Below, piece by piece: positions 53,695 to 62,492 of a stretch of 64,000 bases of DNA. This DNA comes from a virus, in IMG/VR virus record IMGVR_UViG_3300045988_175656. The stretch is one strand, 5' to 3'. Below the pieces are notes generated by a model. The model was given only the letters and a program-made list of their open reading frames with translations. It searched no databases and was not told the DNA's origin. The translations under genes were made by a program, and so were the position numbers. Numbering within the stretch: the stretch's first letter is position 1; every line of letters starts with the position of its first letter.

Positions 53695-56600
53695 TCAAAA
53701 TGGGTTTTTCCATTTTGGTGGAATACTTGAATAGTTATTTAAATTATAACATTTATTAAAGCATCCAGTTCCACTTGGTGTACTTGGGTATTCAGGTTTA
53801 TTAGCTCTTTCCCACAATTCAATACCATCCGTTCCTGTTGGCGTATTTCCTGTTAAACTAGTACAGCCACTAAATGTACCATTAAAAGAAAGAACATTTT
53901 TGTTATTATCAAATAAATTATTTGGTATAGATGCTAAATTTTCACAATCCCTAAATACATTATTAAAATATCTTACATTTGGAGTATATACAAATAAATT
54001 TTCAGGTATTGAAACTATTTGAGGTAAATAACTAAATGTACCACTAAAACCAGTGACTAATATATTATATTTAAATAAATCTTCGGGTATAGTAGCTGTT
54101 AAACCTTTACAACCGCTAAATGTGTTTTCAAAGTCAACTACATTAGGACAATTTTTAAATAAATTTTCGGATATTACACCTGTTAAACCTGAACAATTAC
54201 TAAATACTCCACCTATTTTAGTGACAACAGTATTATTTTTAAATAAATTTTCTGGTATTTCCCCTATAATATTGGTTTTTGAAAAAAACAAATGAAAAGT
54301 TTGTACTTTAGTATTATTTTTAAATAGATTTTCAGGTATTGTGCCTGTTAAACCTATACACCCACTAAATGTACCTGTAAAATCAGTTACTTCAGGGCAA
54401 TTTACAAATAGATTTTCAGGTATTGTGCCTGTTAAACCTGAACATCCACTAAATGTTTGCCAAAATGATTCTGTTTTGGTATTATTTTTAAATAAATTTT
54501 CTGATATTGAACCTGTTAAACCTGAACAATTACTAAATGTAGTGTTAAAATATTTTACATTAGAACAATTTTTAAATAAATTCTCAGGAATAGAACCTGT
54601 TAAACTTGAACAGTAACTAAATGTATTGGCAAATGTTGTAACTTTTGTACAATTTGCAAATAAATTTTCTGGTATTGAACCTGTTAAATTTCTACAACTT
54701 CCAAATATGCCACCAAAATTTGTTACATTATAACAATTATCAAACATATTATCATATATAGCAGTAGTTAAGCCTGAACAACTTAAAAAACACCCACTTA
54801 AAGTTTCAAGATTATAACAATAATCAAAAAAACCTTTAGGAACTGTTATTAATTTATTACATTTGGCAAAAGTATAAGATAAATTTGTTACATTTGTAAA
54901 TGCTCCATAAGTATCTGTTGGAATACTTTCTAAATTAGTACAACCTGAAAACGCATATGATAAATCAGTAATACCCATCCATATACTACCCCAACTAACA
55001 ACTTTAGTTAATAATTCTGGATTAAAATTATGAGCATCTAATTTATCAAATGTCCCATTTATTGTAATTGTATATGTTCCTGTATTACTATATGTATGGG
55101 ACGGATTATTATTAGTTACTGTTTGAACTGCTGAATTATCTCCCCAATCAATTGTACAATTAACATTTCCTGATATTGGTAAATAAATTAAATTAGTTCC
55201 TAATGATGATATGGTATATTCTAATATCATTGGAAAAGTCTCGTTACAACGCCAAACTGGGTCTATTATATGGTATCTATTCAAATTAGTATCACGGCAA
55301 AAACATTGTGTTCCATTTATAGAACTTGGATAACCTGTTTGCCCTGCTCTTTCCCATAATTGTAAATTATCTGTACCTGTTGGCGTATTACCTGTCAAAC
55401 CTTTACAACCCTGAAATGTGTTACTGAAATTAGTTACTTTTTTGCAAACATCAAAAATATTATTTGGTATTGAACCTGTTAGACCTGAGCAATTATTAAA
55501 TAAATTAGCAAAAGTTGTTACTTCTTTATTATTAACAAATAACCCATCAGGAATAGATGCAATATTATAACATCCACTAAATGTAAAACTAAAGTTTGTA
55601 ACAATAGTATTATTGATGAATAATGTAGATGGAATAGATGTTAAACCTGTACAACTACTGAAAGCTCCACCAAAAGTTGTAACTTTAGTATTAGTTGAAA
55701 ATAAGTTAGATGGTATGGAATCCAATTTATTATCATTTTGAAAAATATTTAAGAAACTTGTAACTTCTATATTATTAGTAAATAATGTTTCAGGTATATT
55801 AACCAAATTACGACAAGAAGCAAATGCTGAACTAAAACCAGTTACATTGATATTATTTGCAAACAATGTTGATGGTATTGATGTTAAACTTGTACAAGAA
55901 CTAAATACACCTGCCATATCAATTACATTAATACAATTATCAAATAATTCTTCAGGAATTGATTGTAGCTTTGTACAATTATTAAATGTTCCATTAAATG
56001 ATGATACATTATAACAATGAAAAAATAAATTTCCTGGAATTGATACCAAATTGGAACAATAAGAAAATGTATTTAAAAAACTATTTACGTTAATAAATGT
56101 TTCATAATCGTCATTTGTAATTTCAACTAAGTTAATACATCTACTAAATGCATTGTCCATATTTGTTAATAATGTATTAGTATTACCCCAACTAATTATT
56201 TTAGTGACATTAGTTGAACAATTGTACATTCTTTCGAAATCACCATTTATTTTTACAATATAAGTTCCAGCAGTTTGATATGTATGGGATGGTCTATCAG
56301 ATGTAACAATTTCCTTACTACTTTCATTACCCCAATCAATTTCACAATTAACATTGCCTGATATTGGTAGTGTAACTATCAGATTATCAGGTAATACATT
56401 AAATTCTAATGTAAATGGAATTGGTGGAATTGGCTCAATCCAAAAATCACCTTCTTTTGGTTTATCAGGTGCAGTTTCACTAATAGTTATAGTTGGTATT
56501 GATGTATTTATTTTATCTAATGTATATTGTTTAGAACGAAACGGAACAATATCATCAGCATCATTTTTAACAAATAACGTTTCTTTACCAGTACTATTAT

Positions 56601-56700
56601 TTAATACTAATTCACCATTCTCTATTTCATTTATATCAGGAAAATAAACATCATTATTTAACAATGTGTTTGAATTTTTGATAATTACTATATCTTTCAT
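53695..56700 (-). CDS. BspA-type leucine-rich-repeat surface/adhesin-like protein, two-module
   Basis: 1001 aa with dozens of ~23-aa repeats (F..C..LTGSIPENLF.N...VT.F...F). There are two collinear modules. Each begins LPISGNVNC.IDWG...PSHTY...GTY...ING.F and ends GNTPTGTD..(Q/E)LWERA...YPS..(N/S)GT.CF. Confidence 0.8.
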   Translation of the reverse strand: MKDIVIIKNSNTLLNNDVYFPDINEIENGELVLNNSTGKETLFVKNDADDIVPFRSKQYTLDKINTSIPTITISETAPDKPKEGDFWIEPIPPIPFTLEFNVLPDNLIVTLPISGNVNCEIDWGNESSKEIVTSDRPSHTYQTAGTYIVKINGDFERMYNCSTNVTKIISWGNTNTLLTNMDNAFSRCINLVEITNDDYETFINVNSFLNTFSYCSNLVSIPGNLFFHCYNVSSFNGTFNNCTKLQSIPEELFDNCINVIDMAGVFSSCTSLTSIPSTLFANNINVTGFSSAFASCRNLVNIPETLFTNNIEVTSFLNIFQNDNKLDSIPSNLFSTNTKVTTFGGAFSSCTGLTSIPSTLFINNTIVTNFSFTFSGCYNIASIPDGLFVNNKEVTTFANLFNNCSGLTGSIPNNIFDVCKKVTNFSNTFQGCKGLTGNTPTGTDNLQLWERAGQTGYPSSINGTQCFCRDTNLNRYHIIDPVWRCNETFPMILEYTISSLGTNLIYLPISGNVNCTIDWGDNSAVQTVTNNNPSHTYSNTGTYTITINGTFDKLDAHNFNPELLTKVVSWGSIWMGITDLSYAFSGCTNLESIPTDTYGAFTNVTNLSYTFAKCNKLITVPKGFFDYCYNLETLSGCFLSCSGLTTAIYDNMFDNCYNVTNFGGIFGSCRNLTGSIPENLFANCTKVTTFANTFSYCSSLTGSIPENLFKNCSNVKYFNTTFSNCSGLTGSISENLFKNNTKTESFWQTFSGCSGLTGTIPENLFVNCPEVTDFTGTFSGCIGLTGTIPENLFKNNTKVQTFHLFFSKTNIIGEIPENLFKNNTVVTKIGGVFSNCSGLTGVISENLFKNCPNVVDFENTFSGCKGLTATIPEDLFKYNILVTGFSGTFSYLPQIVSIPENLFVYTPNVRYFNNVFRDCENLASIPNNLFDNNKNVLSFNGTFSGCTSLTGNTPTGTDGIELWERANKPEYPSTPSGTGCFNKCYNLNNYSSIPPKWKNPF

Positions 56701-56752
56701 TTATATAATATTTTACTTATAAATATCCCAAACACATTCTTACTTTTTTAAT

Positions 56753-56779
56753 TGCTTTACTAATTATTGATAAACTAAA
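56753..56779 (+). promoter_or_regulatory. MASTF-leader palindrome, copy 10 (degenerate)
   Basis: TGCTTTACTAATTATTGATAAACTAAA has imperfect symmetry. ATG at 56785. Confidence 0.6.
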
Positions 56780-56784
56780 TAAAT

Positions 56785-57813
56785 ATGGCAAGTTATTTTA
56801 AAGTTATGCAAGATGGAAGAGAAGTTGAGTTCTCTTTTTATCTTAATAATCTAGTTGTGAGAGTACCATACACCAATGGATATTTTTCTCTTGTAGGCGA
56901 AACATCTGATTCAATTGGCAGTGTTACAATTGTTTCAACAAAAGAAGGTGTTGATATTCCTTACACTATATCAACAAGTGATAGTTGGTTAACTTCAGAA
57001 ACAGGCAAAATTATCTTATCTGAAAATACAGGGGGAGAACGTAGAGGTACTGCGACAATTACACAAAGTGAAAGTGATGAAGATATTGTGATTACCTTTA
57101 TTCAAGAAGCAAAACCTGCTGACAATTATACATTTGCTTTTGTAAGCAATGATACTGTTGATTCACCTGCAAGTGGAATGTCATTTAATGTATATCTTGA
57201 AAGTTATAGTGGTAATACGCAAGACAATACAGTAGGAGCAACACACACATCTTTACCTGATTGGATTACAGGATGGGAAAGTGTTGATATGGGTACTGGT
57301 TATGTTGCATTTACAGGACGAACAGTTGCAAATGATACTTATCAAGATAGAACAGCAGTGATTACATTTACTCAAAATGAATCTGGAAAAATACTTAGAT
57401 TTACAGTTACACAAGAAGCTAAACAAGAGTTGAAAGTTCCAATGTCATGGGATATTAATTTTACTAATGATTCAACAACTCAAACAACTTCACGTTTCTA
57501 TTTAACATTAAGAGATGGTTCAAATTGGATTAATGCATTCTCTTTATTAAGAGGTCAAATGAATTCAGGTATAACAGAAAGAGAACAGGGTAGTTATACA
57601 AGTGGAACTGAAGAAGCGTTTACTGCAACATCATGTACAATATTATCAACATCAGGTAAAAGGGATTTATATTCGATTTATTTTAATGGTACATTAGTTA
57701 TACAAACAACTATTCAGGGTGATGGTAATGAACATACAGTTTCATTAAGAAGTCGTATTCCTGTTACTGGTTTAGAAATGAAATGGACTGGACAAGTAAC
57801 ATATATGGATTAA
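56785..57813 (+). CDS. MASTF-family protein 10 (variant MASYF) with BACON-like domains
   Basis: N-terminus MASYFKVMQDGRE. Two segments end RRGTATITQSESDEDIVITFIQEAK and RTAVITFTQNESGKILRFTVTQEAK, the typical ends of BACON domains. Confidence 0.7.
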   Translation: MASYFKVMQDGREVEFSFYLNNLVVRVPYTNGYFSLVGETSDSIGSVTIVSTKEGVDIPYTISTSDSWLTSETGKIILSENTGGERRGTATITQSESDEDIVITFIQEAKPADNYTFAFVSNDTVDSPASGMSFNVYLESYSGNTQDNTVGATHTSLPDWITGWESVDMGTGYVAFTGRTVANDTYQDRTAVITFTQNESGKILRFTVTQEAKQELKVPMSWDINFTNDSTTQTTSRFYLTLRDGSNWINAFSLLRGQMNSGITEREQGSYTSGTEEAFTATSCTILSTSGKRDLYSIYFNGTLVIQTTIQGDGNEHTVSLRSRIPVTGLEMKWTGQVTYMD

Positions 57814-57817
57814 TAGG

Positions 57818-57848
57818 AAAATCCCTCTTTGAAAAGAGGGATTTTTTT
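57818..57848 (+). terminator. rho-independent terminator
   Basis: AAATCCCTCTTTGAAAAGAGGGATTTTTTT. Confidence 0.8.
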
Positions 57849-57876
57849 ATGTACTAATTTTTGTTATTTTTTATGA

Positions 57877-57903
57877 TAGTTTACTAATAATTAGTAAACT
57901 AAA
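57877..57903 (+). promoter_or_regulatory. MASTF-leader palindrome, copy 11
   Basis: TAGTTTACTAATAATTAGTAAACTAAA, preceded by TTGTTATTTTTT. It has the longest spacer, 14 nt, to ATG 57918. Confidence 0.85.
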
Positions 57904-57917
57904 TAAATACAAACAAC

Positions 57918-58865
57918 ATGGCGAGTACTTTTAAAATTACACAAGAAGGTAAAATTTCAGATATATATGAATTTGAATTTTACAGCCCATCAGGGGAAAC
58001 AGATGTTACCATTAATGCAAATTCATCTTCGGGTGAAGATTCCACTATTAGTAATGTTAAATCATTGAAAAATGGTTCTTATATTGGATATAATAGGGAA
58101 ATTGGTTGTTCTTGGGTTACTTTTCAAACAGGTTCATTATATTGGGAAAAGAATACAAATGGAACACCTAGAACTTGTGTTATTACATTAACACAAAATG
58201 AAAGTAATAAAAAAATGTATATTAGAATTAACCAAGCAGGTGAATATACATTTAAATGGGATGGTACAGATAATACTAATGTACAAGATACTGTGGATTA
58301 TAATGCAAGTTCTTTTAATAATGGATGGTCTAAAACAAGAAATGTTATAAGTGAATATAATTATGACAAAATTAGTTGGTCTGCCACAACAGATGCTTCT
58401 TGGATAACTCCAACATGGAATTCATCAACAGGTCAAACTAATTACATGACATTAAAAATTAATTCAGATAATACAGGAAGTAGTACACGTACAGGTGTAG
58501 TTACATTGAAACAAGATGTATCAAATAAAATACTGACTTGGACTATTATACAGCAAACACAAGCTCAGTATAAACCATCTATTTACTTCAAAGTATCACC
58601 ATTTAGTACTTATATATTTAATATTCAAATAGACACTGAAAAAAGTGCATTTAATGCTAGACCTTATAGTGAGTTACAAATTGAATGTACTTGGCATTCA
58701 AGTAGTGGTAATGTAGTTTATCATACTTTAAAATTTCCAGCTGATGCTGAAGAAAGTGAATTTTATTCAATACCTGAAGGTGATAGACCAACAACGTTAA
58801 CTAATGCAGTTACTATTGTGAATATAACTCCATCATTTGATAATGTATATTATTATCGTATTTAA
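57918..58865 (+). CDS. MASTF-family protein 11 with BACON-like domains
   Basis: N-terminus MASTFKITQEGKI. Contains CSWVTFQTG...PRTCVITLTQNESNKKMYIRINQ and ASWITPTW...TRTGVVTLKQDVSNKILTWTIIQQ. Confidence 0.7.
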   Translation: MASTFKITQEGKISDIYEFEFYSPSGETDVTINANSSSGEDSTISNVKSLKNGSYIGYNREIGCSWVTFQTGSLYWEKNTNGTPRTCVITLTQNESNKKMYIRINQAGEYTFKWDGTDNTNVQDTVDYNASSFNNGWSKTRNVISEYNYDKISWSATTDASWITPTWNSSTGQTNYMTLKINSDNTGSSTRTGVVTLKQDVSNKILTWTIIQQTQAQYKPSIYFKVSPFSTYIFNIQIDTEKSAFNARPYSELQIECTWHSSSGNVVYHTLKFPADAEESEFYSIPEGDRPTTLTNAVTIVNITPSFDNVYYYRI

Positions 58866-58866
58866 A

Positions 58867-58886
58867 ATGTACTCAATTGAGTACAT
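58867..58886. repeat. perfect palindrome ATGTACTCAATTGAGTACAT (copy 1)
   Basis: Starts 2 nt after the stop of the 57918 gene. The 18-nt core recurs at 63458. Confidence 0.85.
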
Positions 58887-58895
58887 ATAGGTATT

Positions 58896-58942
58896 AAAAA
58901 AGCTATGTGTTAACTTTAATATAGTTTCACATAGCTTTTTTC
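58896..58942. terminator. bidirectional terminator
   Basis: AGCTATGTG at 58901-58909 pairs with CACATAGCT at 58928-58936, flanked by A5 and T6. Confidence 0.7.
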
Positions 58943-58943
58943 T

Positions 58944-59354
58944 TTAATCTTTCCAAAATTTCAGCCAACTAAAAGATGTGTAAGAAGTTCTCTCTTCACA
59001 TGGTAAACTCCATTCTTTACCCATAAGAATAGCTTGTTTAACAAAACTAACTTTTTGAATGTCACCTTTTATCAAATATTCTACTAAAAAATATATATTG
59101 TATAATATGAAAGGGAGTAACAATAATAATAGCAGCCACCATGAATGTATGCCTACTTCTAATAATAGAAATAGTAACACAATAAGTAATGCAGCCCCTA
59201 CTCCAGAGAAATCAGCAAATTGATTCTTATAAGTGTCTATCATAAGTTTAGTTTCTGCTGAAATTTCTGCATCTTTAATATATACAAAAGGGGAAATAAG
59301 AATAGCATTCAGATTAAGTTTCTTTGCTATTCTTGAATTAAATTTTTGAATCAT
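58944..59354 (-). CDS. membrane protein
   Basis: Two long hydrophobic segments: GVGAALLIVLLFLLL and WWLLLLLLLPFILYNIYFLV. Confidence 0.6.
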   Translation of the reverse strand: MIQKFNSRIAKKLNLNAILISPFVYIKDAEISAETKLMIDTYKNQFADFSGVGAALLIVLLFLLLEVGIHSWWLLLLLLLPFILYNIYFLVEYLIKGDIQKVSFVKQAILMGKEWSLPCEERTSYTSFSWLKFWKD

Positions 59355-59472
59355 AATTTATAGGTTTTACCTATAAATATATCTCACGTTTTTAATTTAT
59401 ATTGACAATAATTCGTTTAAAATTCATTAACACAAATTAGATTTAATTATATAATTACCTATGAAGTATAAA

Positions 59473-59510
59473 AGTGGTACGAAATTAGTAAATTAATCTC
59501 ATACCACCAA
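59473..59510 (-). terminator. possible terminator (minus strand)
   Basis: The minus strand reads GTGGTA...TACCAC followed by TTTTAT, just downstream of the ligase gene. The stem is short. Confidence 0.4.
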
Positions 59511-59530
59511 ATTTTTATTGTTAAATTTTG

Positions 59531-60256
59531 TTATGCCTTTGATTTAGCTATTAAATTGCGATAATCAACAGTTTTAATCTTAACAATAATTCTCTCTCCC
59601 TGTTTATTAAAAAGTTGAACAGTGGGCTTTAAAACAAGTCCCTCAGCTTCATATTCTGTATTCTCTGCAATTGGGGATTTAAAACCTCTTCTTACCATCT
59701 CTTCTGCTTCTTTCAAAGTCATTTGTCCATAGTAGTAACAAGTAGGCAAATTAAGTTTGGCTGCAATATCAAGTTTAGCATCTCTATCGAGCCACCAACC
59801 ATTAATCATTACATCAAATACACGCACCCCACAATCATTTTTAATGTAATTTCCACCTTTCTGAATTTTCACTCCATACCCCTCTCCATAAATTCTTACA
59901 TTGAGTTCTTTCTTGTTACCATTTTCATCATATTCAGCAGGAAAAATTTCTTGCATCATTTCAACAGTAACAAGTTCTTCCATTTTCTTTTTAAGATGCT
60001 TAGGAATGTCTGCATTAGCTGATTTACCATGAATTTCAAGAGTTGTGCCATCCCAATACCAAAATACATTAGTACCATCTACCTTTTCTTCTGCATCCCA
60101 AAGGCAATTATAAAGGTATTTAAATTCAGGACGTGAAAAATCACCAATAATAATCTGATTTTTTAACGGTCCTTCAGTATAACGTTTATACAATGTATTG
60201 ATTTTTGTATAAGTACGATGATGTTGTTCAAATGCTGTTAATTCCTTTTCTTCCAT
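59531..60256 (-). CDS. ATP-dependent RNA ligase-family nucleotidyltransferase (second copy, different subfamily)
   Basis: Motif I AEEKVDGTN (KxDG), motif III-like RIYGEGYG, motif IV AEGLVLKP, and motif V IVKIKT. Confidence 0.7.
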   Translation of the reverse strand: MEEKELTAFEQHHRTYTKINTLYKRYTEGPLKNQIIIGDFSRPEFKYLYNCLWDAEEKVDGTNVFWYWDGTTLEIHGKSANADIPKHLKKKMEELVTVEMMQEIFPAEYDENGNKKELNVRIYGEGYGVKIQKGGNYIKNDCGVRVFDVMINGWWLDRDAKLDIAAKLNLPTCYYYGQMTLKEAEEMVRRGFKSPIAENTEYEAEGLVLKPTVQLFNKQGERIIVKIKTVDYRNLIAKSKA

Positions 60257-60262
60257 TTTTTT

Positions 60263-60541
60263 CTAATTTATTTCAAAATTACACAATATTGCTTTTTTAT
60301 TAATTTTAACAATGTTACATGATTTTAAATATGATATATATTCATCTATAAATGAATGTATATAAGGTTTAATTTTTTCAAAATCACAATCACATCCTAT
60401 CCAATCATCTTTTTCATTTTTCTTTATAAAAGTTGAAAAAGACCATTCTTCTTTTTCAAAATCAAAATACACATTTAATTGTAAAAAATATGTTTGATAA
60501 TATTCCCCTTTTTTAAAAATTTTAGTTAATACTGGTTTCAT
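60263..60541 (-). CDS. hypothetical protein
   Basis: Track ORF. Confidence 0.55.
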   Translation of the reverse strand: MKPVLTKIFKKGEYYQTYFLQLNVYFDFEKEEWSFSTFIKKNEKDDWIGCDCDFEKIKPYIHSFIDEYISYLKSCNIVKINKKAILCNFEIN

Positions 60542-61049
60542 TCTTTTTTAACACTTTATCTCTATTTATTAATTTATCTAAACGTGAATTTAAAGGTCTA
60601 TCAAAATTTTCAATTGCTTTCTGTAAAAATTCTTCTTTGGTTATTTCAACCAAATCATAATCATAATCAAAAAATACTTTAAAATCTATTGAAGTATCTC
60701 TCAAACCTTTACCATAGTCACTATTGAAATCATAAACGCCAAACAAACATCTGTTTACAGTTATTAATTTATATGGAAACATATAAATTGTATCATAAAA
60801 CGCACAATTTTTAAATGTTAATTTAAAATATTTATACAGATTAGTTTGCCAAAAATTCAATATTTCCTCATATTGTTTTTCAATTGGAGCTACTTCTTCC
60901 TCATATTTTTTAATTAATTTATCTAATAACTCAACTGATTCTACATCATCTTTTGACTGTTTTTTTTCTCTTTCAAGTTGATTAATTTTTAATCTAAGAT
61001 TAGTCATTTGTTTAATATCTACTGCCATAATGATTAAAATTTTAAACAA
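60522..61049 (-). CDS. hypothetical protein with N-terminal coiled coil
   Basis: Track ORF. Confidence 0.6.
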   Translation of the reverse strand: MFKILIIMAVDIKQMTNLRLKINQLEREKKQSKDDVESVELLDKLIKKYEEEVAPIEKQYEEILNFWQTNLYKYFKLTFKNCAFYDTIYMFPYKLITVNRCLFGVYDFNSDYGKGLRDTSIDFKVFFDYDYDLVEITKEEFLQKAIENFDRPLNSRLDKLINRDKVLKKNETSIN

Positions 61050-61587
61050 ACATTATTAAACAAGCAACTGTAATGATAACAAGTAATCCACCATAGCAAA
61101 AAGCAACAGAGTCACCATCTCCACTATCATATCTATATTCCTTTTCAAATTGCATTTTTTCCTTAATAAAATGTTTTTTAATAAGGGTTTTATGTGGTTT
61201 ATATGAATTAATTAAATTTATCATAATTGGCACACCAATTACCAATACTAAAATACCTATTATTATGCGTATAATATCTTTCCCCACAAATTTCCATACA
61301 ACAACATTCATAGCTGTTTTACCTAATGTTGTTTCAGATATTCGTGTTGCAGAACCTTCAATAGCCATCAATGCACTATTAACACCTTCACCAATTTCTT
61401 TACCCAAACCTGCCCATTTACCAATAGTTTTATAAGTGTTCTCTTTTTCAATACTTTCTTTAACATTGATTGGAAGAGCATTATATTGCTCTGCTGTAAG
61501 AGTTACAGTACTATTACTACTATTCTGTGCAAATGTCACAAAGCAAGTTAAAAAACTAAAAATTAATAAAATTAAAACTTTTTTCAT
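61042..61587 (-). CDS. secreted/membrane protein
   Basis: N-terminal signal-like MKKVLILLIFSFLTCFVTFA plus two later hydrophobic helices. Confidence 0.6.
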   Translation of the reverse strand: MKKVLILLIFSFLTCFVTFAQNSSNSTVTLTAEQYNALPINVKESIEKENTYKTIGKWAGLGKEIGEGVNSALMAIEGSATRISETTLGKTAMNVVVWKFVGKDIIRIIIGILVLVIGVPIMINLINSYKPHKTLIKKHFIKEKMQFEKEYRYDSGDGDSVAFCYGGLLVIITVACLIMFV

Positions 61588-61588
61588 A

Positions 61589-61714
61589 TTATTTTTCTTC
61601 TTTTATTTCTTCAAATTCAATACCAAATTCTTTACAATCTTCTATAAATGATTCAAGCGTGGCTGTTTCTAACCATTCATCCATTAATTCAATTACAGAT
61701 TTTTCACACTCCAT
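61589..61714 (-). CDS. possible 41-aa acidic protein
   Basis: Translates as MECEKSVIELMDEWLETATLESFIEDCKEFGIEFEEIKEEK and exactly fills the gap between two minus-strand genes. Below the track cutoff. Confidence 0.35.
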   Translation of the reverse strand: MECEKSVIELMDEWLETATLESFIEDCKEFGIEFEEIKEEK

Positions 61715-62024
61715 GTTCATTAGCCATTAAATATAAATCAATCCAAGCAGCCATAGCTTCATACCCTTCACAATTATGAATTACTTGTCGTTTAGCATTA
61801 TCAACAGCAAGATATGTGTCAAATTCATTATTTTTTTCACCATCAAATATTTTATATACAACAACATTTTTGTCACCTTTAACTGTATGACCGCCCCATT
61901 GTGGTTTATCTTTTTGTACCCATTCAGTTAAGTCTCGTTCAAGAAACCAATGCAAATGATTATTATCTGTTTGAATATATTTACAATTTTTCTTTTCTCT
62001 TTCAATAAGTTCTTCTAATGTCAT
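61704..62024 (-). CDS. hypothetical protein
   Basis: Track ORF. Confidence 0.6.
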   Translation of the reverse strand: MTLEELIEREKKNCKYIQTDNNHLHWFLERDLTEWVQKDKPQWGGHTVKGDKNVVVYKIFDGEKNNEFDTYLAVDNAKRQVIHNCEGYEAMAAWIDLYLMANEHGV

Positions 62025-62030
62025 AATATT

Positions 62031-62228
62031 TTAATTAAATGTAATTACTATATGTTGAGATAAAAATACAATTGTTTCAATTAAAAAACCAAAAAGAAAT
62101 ACACTACCTATAATAGCAAATCTTTTATATTTTTTGATTGAATAATCATTTAATAATGCTGAATTGAATATGTACCATATCCAACATGTAAGTCCTAATA
62201 TTAAAAATATAATACTCGTTATTGCCAT
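62031..62228 (-). CDS. small two-TM membrane protein
   Basis: Two hydrophobic helices in 65 aa. Confidence 0.5.
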   Translation of the reverse strand: MAITSIIFLILGLTCWIWYIFNSALLNDYSIKKYKRFAIIGSVFLFGFLIETIVFLSQHIVITFN

Positions 62229-62422
62229 GTTATTTGTATATTATTACCAACAATAAAAATTACAATAGTTTCTATAAAAATTAGAAGTATAAATCCAATT
62301 AATATTGAATTTATAATATATCCATCTGATTTTTCATAAGAAGTATCTGTCATTAATATTTTAATGAAGCAGAACATTATCATAAACGATATATAAAGTA
62401 CATTTGTTCCTGTAACAAGCAT
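62219..62422 (-). CDS. small two-TM membrane protein
   Basis: Two hydrophobic helices in 67 aa, adjacent to a similar gene. Confidence 0.5.
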   Translation of the reverse strand: MLVTGTNVLYISFMIMFCFIKILMTDTSYEKSDGYIINSILIGFILLIFIETIVIFIVGNNIQITWQ

Positions 62423-62492
62423 AACTAATTGTTTTATTATTATGGTACAAAGATATGAACTAATATTTAGTTTACCAAATTTAAAATGTTAA

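Noticed and set aside
54053-54616. Plus-strand ORFs 54053-54295, 54341-54616 and 56354-56647 antisense to the BspA-like LRR gene
   Set aside because: Their periodic VKP...LNKFSGI translations simply mirror the sense-strand LRR periodicity. The long minus-strand ORF explains the region.
62031-62422. Calling the two small two-TM proteins a holin pair or lysis cassette
   Set aside because: No endolysin-like motif was recognised in the neighbouring genes. Small TM proteins are common in this window, so they are left as membrane proteins.
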